A DNA stretch of 63,567 nucleotides from an uncultured Coriobacteriaceae bacterium. GTDB lineage: Bacteria > Actinomycetota > Coriobacteriia > Anaerosomatales > SLCP01. This document shows positions 52,232-60,218 of this stretch, in pieces. The stretch is taken from contig CAYGFZ010000004.1 of assembly GCA_964349355.1 (NCBI GenBank), positions 1 to 63,567 of the forward strand, written 5' to 3'. The first letter of the stretch is position 1. Each line of letters opens with the position of its first letter. The position numbers were made by a program, and so were the translations under genes. The notes under the pieces are model-generated. The model was given only the letters and a program-made list of their open reading frames with translations. It ran no database searches and was not told where the DNA came from.

Positions 52232-53104
52232 ATGCGGAGGGCTGGCGCGCTCGTGCGCTCGATGCGCCCTAAGCAGTGGACGAAGAACCTCATCGTCTTT
52301 GCCCCGCTCATCTTCTCGGGCCGGCTCGGCGAACCGGAGGCACTTCTCGCGGCCGTGCTCGCATTCGTCGTGTTCTGCCTTACGGCCGGGGCGGTCTACC
52401 TCGTCAACGACGTGCGCGACATCGAGCAGGACCGCCTGCACGCCAAGAAGCGCTCCCGGCCGCTCGCGGCAGGCGCCCTGAGCCCCGCGGTCGCCATCGG
52501 CGCCGCGGTCGCGCTGCTCGCCGCGGCCCTTGCGATGGCCGTGACCTTGTCGGTGACGTTCGCCGTCATCACGCTCGGCTACCTCGCGCTGCAGTCGGCG
52601 TACACGTTCTACCTCAAGCACGCGGTCGTGCTCGACGTCATGTCGATCTCGGCCGGGTTCGTGTTGCGCGCCGCCGCGGGGGCCGCGGCTGTGGAGGTCT
52701 CGGCCTCCCCGTGGCTGTACATGTGCGCCGCGCTGCTCGCGCTGTTCCTCGGGTTCGGTAAGCGCCGACACGAGTTGCTCCTGCTCGACAGCAAGGCGGG
52801 GGAGCACCGCTCGGTGCTGGCCGACTACACGCCGCAACTGCTCGACGTGCTGCTCTCCACGGTGACCGCGGCCACGATCATCGCCTACTCGCTCTACACG
52901 TTTTTCTCGCCCACCGGCGAGCAACACGACTACCTCATGTTCACGATCCCGTTCGTCGTCTACGGGATGTTCCGCTACGTGTTCCTCATGTACAAGCGCA
53001 ACCTCGGCGGCAGTCCCGAGGAGATCCTGCTGACCGATGTGCCGCTCATCATCACGATTCTCGGGTGGCTGGTCGCGTCGGCCGCAGTGATCACGCTGGC
53101 GTAG
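52232..53104 (+). CDS. decaprenyl-phosphate phosphoribosyltransferase (UbiA family, Rv3806c-like)
   Basis: MRPKQWTKNLIVFAPL and YLVNDVRDIEQDRLHAKKRSRPLAAGALS closely follow the DPPR-synthase signature. Confidence 0.8.
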   Translation: MRRAGALVRSMRPKQWTKNLIVFAPLIFSGRLGEPEALLAAVLAFVVFCLTAGAVYLVNDVRDIEQDRLHAKKRSRPLAAGALSPAVAIGAAVALLAAALAMAVTLSVTFAVITLGYLALQSAYTFYLKHAVVLDVMSISAGFVLRAAAGAAAVEVSASPWLYMCAALLALFLGFGKRRHELLLLDSKAGEHRSVLADYTPQLLDVLLSTVTAATIIAYSLYTFFSPTGEQHDYLMFTIPFVVYGMFRYVFLMYKRNLGGSPEEILLTDVPLIITILGWLVASAAVITLA

Positions 53105-53226
53105 GCGCGCCGAGGAGTGACGGCGGGGGCGGAGGAGCGTATGGAGGGAGTAGACGTGGGCCACCAGATGGACGGTACGGTCGCACTCGTGTTGATTGCC
53201 GGGCGCGGTGAACGTGAGGCAGGCGC

Positions 53227-54851
53227 GTGAGCGTGACTGAGCCCGATCAGGTTCCGGGTCACGCGCGCATGACGGCCGGGCTGCCGCTGCCGGTGGCTCT
53301 CGTCATGGCAGCGGTTCTTGCCGCCGGATGCGTGCTCGCGGCACTGCCGTTGGTGCAGGTGGAGTTCCTCATCCCCGACGACACGTACTACTACCTCAAC
53401 ATCGCCCGGCACGCGGCGTCCGGCTCCGGCCTGACGTTCGACGGCATACACGCCACCAACGGCTTCCAGTTCATCTGGCAGATGCTGCTCGTGCCGTGGT
53501 CGCGCTCACGGGCTCGTCGCTCCTCGCGCCCGTCTCGGCGATCGCCCTCGTCCAGGCTGTCTGCGTCGCCGCCGGCATCTGGGTCGCGTGGCGAGCGCTC
53601 CGGCGGGTGTCTGTCTCGCCACTGAGCTTCGCGCTCGCGACACTCCTGGTGATCGCCAATCCGGTCGTGTTCAAGATGTTGTTCTCCGGGATGGAGGGCG
53701 CGCTTGGCTTCGTGGTGCTCTGCGCGTATCTCGGAGTGGTGGTGGACGCGCAGACTGCCGAGAAGGTCGATACGCGGCGCCTGGCGGCATACGCCGGCGT
53801 GTCGGCGCTGCTCGTGCTTGCGCGCCTCGACTACGCGATCCTGTTGCTCGCGGTGGCGATCGTGCTCGTGCGGAGGCGCAGGCGTGACGGTCTCATGCCC
53901 ACACTCGTCGTAGGCGGAGCTGTTGCGGCGGTGCTGGCTGCATACCTCGCGTGGAACTACGCCCACTTTGGTATCCCGCTTCCGGTGAGCGGCCTTGCTA
54001 AATCGTGGTACGTGTCGGGGGCTTCCGCAGGCGAACGGATCTTTGGCGGCCTCGCTGAGATGGCGGGCATGCCGGTACTTGTCGCGCGACGGGTCTTCGA
54101 GTTCCTGTCTGCGAGGCCCGCTGCGTTCGCGGTCATGGGGCTTTCGCTGGCGGCGTGCGCTGTCATCGCCGCGCGGATGGCCACGTTCGGCCGCGGGACA
54201 CTCGGTGGGCTGCGTTTGCTCGTGCCGTACGGTGTCGCGCTCACGGTTCATCTCGTCTACCTGTTTGTCTACCTCGGCAGGTTCGCTATCACGTTCTGGT
54301 ACTACGTGCCGGAGGTCGTGGGCGCGCTGTTCGCGCTCGCCGTGGTGATAGGTGCGCTCAGGGTGCGTGCTGGCGCTCGGGCGGGGGCGGCCCGGCTCGC
54401 AGCGGCTGCGGTGGTCGCTGTCATCGCGGTCGGCTACGTCGCGATGTACGCGACGTACACGTTAGATCCGGCACGCAAGACGCGCTACATCGCCGCGTAC
54501 CACACGGGGGTGTGGATGGCCGAGAACCTCGCGCCCCAGACGCGCGTGGGCAGTTGGAACGCGGGCGCCCTGGGCTACTTCTCGCGGCGCACCGTCATCA
54601 ATCTCGACGGGCTCGTCAACGGCGCGCGGTTTGTGCAGGAGTATCTGTCCACCGGGCGAACCGCCGAGTACATCGCCGAGGAAGACATCACCCACCTTGC
54701 CGACTACGCGACCTCGTCAGAGTGGTTCAACCGCTACGGCGAGTTCACCGTTCTCTACGAGCGGCGACACGGTCTCGACACCTTCTCGTTCTTCGAGGAC
54801 AAGCCGTCCCAAGACGAGGAGCGCTTCTTCGTGATCGAGCTCGTGCGCTGA
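53227..54851 (+). pseudogene. polytopic GT-C-like membrane glycosyltransferase, reading frame broken near 53490
   Basis: Frame A gives DDTYYYLNIARHAASGSGLTFDGIHATNGFQFIWQMLLVP. Frame B continues AVVALTGSSLLAPVSAIALVQ... to 54851. One protein is restored by a 1-nt shift around 53491-53496. Confidence 0.6.
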
Positions 54852-54862
54852 CCCCGCCGCCC

Positions 54863-55903
54863 CTAGAAGAACCGCTTCGCGAGGCCGAGGATACCTTGCT
54901 TCCACGGCACGCGGTGCGACACGCCGCTCGCGCCGGCGAACTCATCGAGGTGCGCGACGTACCACTCGTAGTTGCGCACGAGCGCGTCTTTGTTCGAGTA
55001 GCGCGGCTGCCAGCCGAGCTCTCGCTTGGCCTTGTCGATCGAGACGAACGAGTCTTTCGAGGCCGTCTCGTAGACCCACTTGTAGAGGGGCGAGAGGTTG
55101 AGCGCTTCGAGGATGCGGAGCGTCCAGATCAACGGCGTGGCGGGAAAGCCGCGGACCTTCTTGCCGTGCCCGGCGTGGTCGAGGACGGCTTGGTAGTCCT
55201 CGCGCATCGTGGTGAACTCCTCGGCGCCGATGTTGAAGGTGTCGTTGACGACGTCGCACTCGAGCGTGCAGCACAGGTAGATCGCTGCGCAGAGGTCTTC
55301 GACGTCGAGGAACTGGTAGCGGTTGTTCCCGCTGCCGATCATCGGGAAGCCGTGGCCGGTGTAGGCCCAGTCGTAGAAGAGCGCGAACACGCCGAGGCGC
55401 TCCGGGCCGATGAAGCTCTTGGGGCGGATGATCGGCACGCACATGCCGCGCTTACGGAAGTCGAGGCAGACCTTCTCGGCGGCGATCTTGGCCTCGCCGT
55501 AGGGGCCCACGCCAACGAGCGGGTCGGTCTCGAGCAGCGGGTGGTGGTCGGGGATGCCGTAGACGGCGGTCGAGGAGATCATGACGAAGCGGTCTACGGC
55601 GCCGGTCGCCTCGGCTGCGTCGAGGAGGATGCGGGTGCCGTCGACGTCGGTGGAGAAGATGTCTTCAGGCGAGTAGAGGGGGAGGGCGGCGGCGGTGTGG
55701 ACCACGATGTCGATGTCGCGCATCGCCTCGACCACAGCCGACTCGTCGCGGATGTCACCTGATATCGCCTCGACGCGGTCAACGCAGTCGGCGTAGTCGA
55801 ATGGCGCGAGGTCGAGCGAGCGCACGGTGTGGCCGCACTCAAGAAGGTAGCGGATGAGGTTGATGCCGAGGAACCCTGAGCCGCCGGTGACGAGGTAGCG
55901 CAT
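54863..55903 (-). CDS. NAD-dependent epimerase/dehydratase (extended SDR)
   Basis: MRYLVTGGSGFLGINL Rossmann motif and YGEAK catalytic motif. Confidence 0.88.
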   Translation of the reverse strand: MRYLVTGGSGFLGINLIRYLLECGHTVRSLDLAPFDYADCVDRVEAISGDIRDESAVVEAMRDIDIVVHTAAALPLYSPEDIFSTDVDGTRILLDAAEATGAVDRFVMISSTAVYGIPDHHPLLETDPLVGVGPYGEAKIAAEKVCLDFRKRGMCVPIIRPKSFIGPERLGVFALFYDWAYTGHGFPMIGSGNNRYQFLDVEDLCAAIYLCCTLECDVVNDTFNIGAEEFTTMREDYQAVLDHAGHGKKVRGFPATPLIWTLRILEALNLSPLYKWVYETASKDSFVSIDKAKRELGWQPRYSNKDALVRNYEWYVAHLDEFAGASGVSHRVPWKQGILGLAKRFF

Positions 55904-56012
55904 GGGTGCGGTGGTCCTTTCGCGGCAGGAGTATGGGCCGCTGCGATTCTAGCGCATCAGGTCGCCGAGGGGATGGGTGCGGCTTTCCGATCTCTGCGGG
56001 CCCTCGCGGGAG

Positions 56013-56067
56013 CCGGGGCGGCGAGGGGTGTTTCCGAGGGTGTTCCATGGCCATCGAACCCCCCGCA
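56013..56067 (+). repeat. copy 1 of a ~55-nt IS21-end-like repeat
   Basis: CCGGGGCGGCGAGGGGTGTTTCCGAGGGTGTTCCATGGCCATCGAACCCCCCGCA. The 46-nt core matches copy 2 at 43 positions. Contains the internal subrepeat GGTGTTTCC / GGGTGTT. Confidence 0.7.
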
Positions 56068-56291
56068 CAAACATTCGACCGCCATGGAACAGATCGCATT
56101 ACCCCTGCGACCTCCCTTCTTGACCCGCATGCGGCACAGCGGCTCACTCGCTTGCCGAACTCCTGCGTGAGTCGTCCGTCAGGCGCGCACCGCGCCAGCA
56201 TGGTCTATTACGCGCAACAAGTGCACTAAGCGCATACGTTGTGCTACCATTGACTCGGCACCAGCACATTCGATTTCGCACGGAGCGTGAC

Positions 56292-56897
56292 ATGAGCGAG
56301 CTTCTCACCCCACGGCAGGTCGCCGAGCGACTCTCGGTATCTCCGCGCACGGTCTATCTGTGGATCGAACAGGGTCGGCTTCCTGTGGTCCGCTTCTCCG
56401 AGCGCGTGACCCGCGTTCCCGCACAGGCCGTCGAGGTACTCGTGGAGTCAGCGTACGTGCCGTCATCGCGTCCGTTCCCTGAGTCCGCGCAACCGCTCTT
56501 GGCCGCCGAGGACCCGGGAAGCTACTCGGCGGTTGCCTATGCCGAGCAGCCCGCCGCACCCACGACTCCGGTCGAGCCCACGCGTGCCGCCAAGCCCACA
56601 CCCACGCGGCGGCTGCGCGAGCTGCTGCGGGTACACCGCGACGAGATACTCTCGGTCGCGAAACGGCGTCGCGTCGAGAACGTCCGGGTGTTTGGATCGG
56701 TGGCCCGTGGGGACGCGGGCGCCACAAGTGACATCGACTTGCTGGTCGATCTGGCGCCGCAAGCGTCACTCTTGGATCTGAGCGGGTTCGCCGGTGAGGT
56801 TGAGGCGCTGCTCGGAGTGCAGGTCGACGTGGTCCCGGTGCGAAGCATCAGGGCTGAGATTCGCGACCGTGTGCTGCGCGAGGCGTTGCCGTTGTGA
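56292..56897 (+). CDS. MNT-type nucleotidyltransferase antitoxin fused to an N-terminal excisionase/MerR-type HTH
   Basis: LLTPRQVAERLSVSPRTVYLWIEQGRLP HTH, a Pro/Ala-rich linker, then GSVARGDAGATSDIDLLV. Confidence 0.8.
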   Translation: MSELLTPRQVAERLSVSPRTVYLWIEQGRLPVVRFSERVTRVPAQAVEVLVESAYVPSSRPFPESAQPLLAAEDPGSYSAVAYAEQPAAPTTPVEPTRAAKPTPTRRLRELLRVHRDEILSVAKRRRVENVRVFGSVARGDAGATSDIDLLVDLAPQASLLDLSGFAGEVEALLGVQVDVVPVRSIRAEIRDRVLREALPL

Positions 56898-57259
56898 GCG
56901 CCGACAGGGTCCCGCAGCTGCGTCTGACGGACATACGAGACGCGGCCCGGAAGATCCTGGAGCGCACGTCTGCGGGGCGAGACCGCTTCATGTCTGACGA
57001 GTTGCTCCAAGTGTGGGTGATACATCATCTGGAGATCATCGGGGAAGCGTCCTCGAGCGTCGACCCGTGCACCAGGGGAGCACATCCTGAGATTGATTGG
57101 GTCGCCGCATCGTACATGCGAAACCGACTGATTCACGGCTACTTCGACGTAGATCTCGATATCGTGTGGGAGACGGTCGAGCGGGACGTTCCGACACTGC
57201 TCAGTCAGGTGATGGTTGTGCTCGAGGCGCTGCGTTGCGACACGACCGGAGACAGCTGA
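56894..57259 (+). CDS. HEPN (DUF86/HepT) toxin
   Basis: GTGA overlap with the MNT gene. RNRLIHGY Rx4H motif. Confidence 0.85.
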   Translation: MSADRVPQLRLTDIRDAARKILERTSAGRDRFMSDELLQVWVIHHLEIIGEASSSVDPCTRGAHPEIDWVAASYMRNRLIHGYFDVDLDIVWETVERDVPTLLSQVMVVLEALRCDTTGDS

Positions 57260-57263
57260 ATTT

Positions 57264-57318
57264 CCGGGGTTCCGAGGGGTGTTTCCGAGGGTGTTTCACG
57301 GCCATCGAATCCCCCGCA
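57264..57318 (+). repeat. copy 2 of the ~55-nt repeat, lying within the IS21-like terminus
   Basis: CCGGGGTTCCGAGGGGTGTTTCCGAGGGTGTTTCACGGCCATCGAATCCCCCGCA, same orientation as copy 1. Confidence 0.7.
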
Positions 57319-57438
57319 TGCGCATTCCGGTGAAGCCGATCACCTGTTCCACGGCAACCCGGACACCGTTCCGGTCGAAGCCGGACGGTCTTGAGCCAGG
57401 CGACGCTTCGTACGTGCAGAATGACGCGGTGTCCGGCT

Positions 57439-57759
57439 TCAGGTCAACTTTCGCGGACGTTTCGGGGCTTCCCTGCGCATCGAGCCTCCCTTCAGTTCCA
57501 GTCTGACGGCCCTGTGGACCAGGCGATCGAGCAGAGCATCGGCGACGCCGGGATCAGCGATCAAGTGATGCCACTCGGACACCGGTAACTGGCTCGTGAT
57601 GATGGTCGAACTCCGCCCGGCGCGATCGTCGACGAGGTCCATGATGTCGTTGGCGGCCTGTACGTCGAGGCGTGAGATGCCCCAGTCGTCCAGGATCAAC
57701 AGGTCGACCTTCGCGATCTTCTCGAGTGCTTTGAGGTAGCTGCCGTCAGCCCGCGCGCC
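57439..57759 (-). pseudogene. truncated istB (IS21 helper ATPase) C-terminal fragment
   Basis: ARADGSYLKALEKIAKVDLLILDDWG...IITSQLPVSEWH...ADALLDRLVHRAVRLELKGGSMR. The Walker A half is missing. Confidence 0.75.
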
Positions 57760-57762
57760 TGA

Positions 57763-57806
57763 ATTGACAAAGTTAGTGCAAAGCCTCTTGCACTAACTTT
57801 GTCAAT
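57763..57806. repeat. perfect 19-bp inverted repeat with 6-nt spacer
   Basis: ATTGACAAAGTTAGTGCAA-agcctc-TTGCACTAACTTTGTCAAT. AT-rich relative to its surroundings. It starts 4 nt after the istB truncation point. Confidence 0.9.
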
Positions 57807-57950
57807 CAACCCAGTCGAGTAGGTGTCGTGGTCAGGCGCTGTCAAGACCCAAGATATGGTATACTCAAGAGCGTGGTGAGCGGGGCCGGTCGGGACTCTC
57901 TTCCGGTCTCGTTTGCTGTCCCGGGTCCGATCTGTGCCCCCTGGCGCTCT

Positions 57951-58583
57951 CTACTCCTCCTCGCCCCCGAACTCGCCGAGGATCTCGAGCACCTCGTCGT
58001 CGCTCGTCTGGCCGAAGGACCGGTAGAACTGCCCGACCGAGTAGAACAGGTCTGGCGTCTCCGGCGCGATGATCTCATCAGCATAGGCTGAGACCGCCTG
58101 CACTGCGCTTGCCGAGACCACGGGGGCCGCGAGCACCACCCGCACAGCACCCTGCGCCCGCACGTAGCGGAGCGCGGCGATCGCGGTCAGCCCTGTGGCG
58201 ATCCCGTCGTCGACCACGATGGCGGTCGCGCCCTCCAGGTCGACCGGTTCGAGTCCACCCCGATACAGCTCGATGCGACGCTGGATCCGTTCGCGGACGG
58301 GCCGTGCGAGGTGCTCGAGCTCGATGATCTCGTAGCCACCCTCGGGGTTGGGCGTCACGCGGCCGTCGGGGTCGACCGCGCCGACCGCATACTCGGGGTT
58401 GGCCGGAGCACCGATCTTGCTCGCAATGACCACGTCGAGCGGCAGGCCGAGCAGGCGCGCGACCTCACCGGCTACCACCACGCCGCCTCTGGGGATCCCG
58501 AGCACCACGGCTTCATAGTCGCTGGAGTAGCGACCAAGTTCCTCGGCCAGTGTCCTGCCAGCGTCGCGCCTGTCTCGGAACAT
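57951..58583 (-). CDS. phosphoribosyltransferase-family protein (COG1926-like)
   Basis: FRDRRDAGRTLA N-terminus and the PRPP-binding VDDGIATGLT motif. Confidence 0.85.
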   Translation of the reverse strand: MFRDRRDAGRTLAEELGRYSSDYEAVVLGIPRGGVVVAGEVARLLGLPLDVVIASKIGAPANPEYAVGAVDPDGRVTPNPEGGYEIIELEHLARPVRERIQRRIELYRGGLEPVDLEGATAIVVDDGIATGLTAIAALRYVRAQGAVRVVLAAPVVSASAVQAVSAYADEIIAPETPDLFYSVGQFYRSFGQTSDDEVLEILGEFGGEEE

Positions 58584-58682
58584 ACCTCACACCCGCCTCG
58601 TCGTAGGGCGCCTCCTTGTGGGTTATGCCCTAGGAGGCGGTGCGTGCAACAACCATCGTCCGACGACCCTGCCGACCCTGCC

Positions 58683-59438
58683 TCATCGCCCGACGCGCGT
58701 CCAGCGGCAGAAGCGGCCCTCGGCGATCTCGAGCAACTCGTAGAGCCCCACGCCGAGGAGCGCCATGCCGAGGATCCCGGCGAACATAGAGTCGTACGCG
58801 AGACGGCCCCAAGAATCCACGATGTAGTAGCCCAGCCCGCTTCGTCCGCCGATCGACTCTGAGAGGAAGAGCACCGCAACCGCCGTACCGGTGCCGATGC
58901 GCAGTGCGGTGAAGATGTCGGGCAGTGCCGCCGGCACCACCACGTGCCGGAACACGTCGAGACGGCCAGCACCGAGCGAGCGAACCGAGAGCACGGAGCC
59001 CACGGGGATCGAGCGCGCGGCGTCGCGCGCGGTGACGAGCAGTTGGAAGAAGACGATCAGCGTGATGAGCACGATCTTGCTCGCGTCACCGAGCCCGAGA
59101 AGCACCAGGAGGACCGGCAGAAACACGACCTTCGGGATGGGATAGATCAGGAAGATCAGCGGCGCGAAGACCGCGTCTGCCCGGGGCGAGCGGCCCACGA
59201 GCAGGCCGAGCGGCACCGCAAGCACGGTGCCGAGCGTCATCGCAGCAAGCACGCGCCACGAGCTCGACACGAGGTGCGGCCATAGGTCGTCAGTGAACCC
59301 CTCGGCGAACGCGGTGAGCGCTGGCAGCGGACCGGGCAGTGCGCGCGAATCGAGCGCCAGCGAGCCGAGTTGCCAGATTACGAGCAGCGCGATCGTCGCA
59401 CCGATGTAGCCGACCGTCTTGCGCTGCCACCCGTTCAC
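58683..59438 (-). CDS. NitT/TauT-family ABC permease
   Basis: GTGA overlap with the ATPase stop. BPD_transp_1-type EAA loop region (ARSLGAGRLDVFRHVVVPAALP). Confidence 0.85.
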   Translation of the reverse strand: MNGWQRKTVGYIGATIALLVIWQLGSLALDSRALPGPLPALTAFAEGFTDDLWPHLVSSSWRVLAAMTLGTVLAVPLGLLVGRSPRADAVFAPLIFLIYPIPKVVFLPVLLVLLGLGDASKIVLITLIVFFQLLVTARDAARSIPVGSVLSVRSLGAGRLDVFRHVVVPAALPDIFTALRIGTGTAVAVLFLSESIGGRSGLGYYIVDSWGRLAYDSMFAGILGMALLGVGLYELLEIAEGRFCRWTRVGR

Positions 59439-60208
59439 GACGTCACCCCCGACAAAGCTCCCTCGGCGGCAAGCATGCGTCGCAACTCGGCGCACCGCTG
59501 GTAGAACTCGGGCGTGTCACGGTAGCCAGGCGCTCCCATCCGCGGGTTATCGACGATCTCGGTCACGCGCCCCGGCCTTCGAGAGAGCACGATCACACGC
59601 CTGCCGAGGAAGACCGCCTCCTCGATCGAGTGCGTCACCAGCACGCTCGTGTGACCGCGCTGCCGCCAGAGTTCCAGCAGCAGGTCTTGCAGGTTCTCGC
59701 GGGTGAGCGCGTCGAGCGATGAGAGCGGCTCGTCCATGAGGAGCAGGTCTGCGTCGAGCGCGAGCGCACGTGCGAGCGCCAGGCGCTGGCGCATACCGCC
59801 GGAAAGCTCTCCGGGGTAGGCGTCGGCGAAGTCACCGAGGCCGACACGGTCGAGCGAGTCGGCGACCCGCGCGCGGCGCTCGGCTCGCGCGACACGGCGC
59901 ACCTCGAGGCCGAGTGCTGCGTTGTGGTAGGCGGTCTTCCACGGCAGCAGCCCAAAGTCCTGCAAGATCAGCGCTGTGGCGAGCCGGGGGCCGCGCACGG
60001 CCCTCCCTCCCACGAGCACGCTCCCGCTGCAGGGAGCAAGAAGCCCACTCGCCAGCAGCAGGAGCGTGGACTTGCCGCACCCGCTCGGACCGATGATCGA
60101 GACCGGCTCGCCCTCGGCGATATCGAGGTCGAGACCTGCGAGCGCCTCGGTCTCACGTCCGACACCCGCGTAGGTGACCGCGACGTCGTGAAAGACCAGT
60201 CCCGCCAT
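59435..60208 (-). CDS. NitT/TauT-family ABC ATP-binding protein
   Basis: GPSGCGKST, LSGGMRQRLALARA and LLMDEP motifs. Confidence 0.9.
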   Translation of the reverse strand: MAGLVFHDVAVTYAGVGRETEALAGLDLDIAEGEPVSIIGPSGCGKSTLLLLASGLLAPCSGSVLVGGRAVRGPRLATALILQDFGLLPWKTAYHNAALGLEVRRVARAERRARVADSLDRVGLGDFADAYPGELSGGMRQRLALARALALDADLLLMDEPLSSLDALTRENLQDLLLELWRQRGHTSVLVTHSIEEAVFLGRRVIVLSRRPGRVTEIVDNPRMGAPGYRDTPEFYQRCAELRRMLAAEGALSGVTS

Positions 60209-60218
60209 CCGTGCTCCT

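Larger units (their letters stand above)
57258..57759 (-). mobile_element. IS21-family element remnant (IstB 3' half plus terminal repeat region)
   Basis: IstB-like coding remnant, then ~180 nt ending ...GGAAATTCA-3' on the element strand (IS21-type CA terminus), with reiterated subrepeats. Confidence 0.6.

Noticed and set aside
57828-57950. Extended -10-like TGGTATACT followed by a GC-rich ~75-nt stem-loop (GAGCGGGGC...GCCCC..CGCUC), considered as a small RNA gene.
   Set aside because: It lies immediately downstream of the minus-strand phosphoribosyltransferase stop, so the structure is more simply that operon's terminator. There is no tRNA-like or known sRNA signature.
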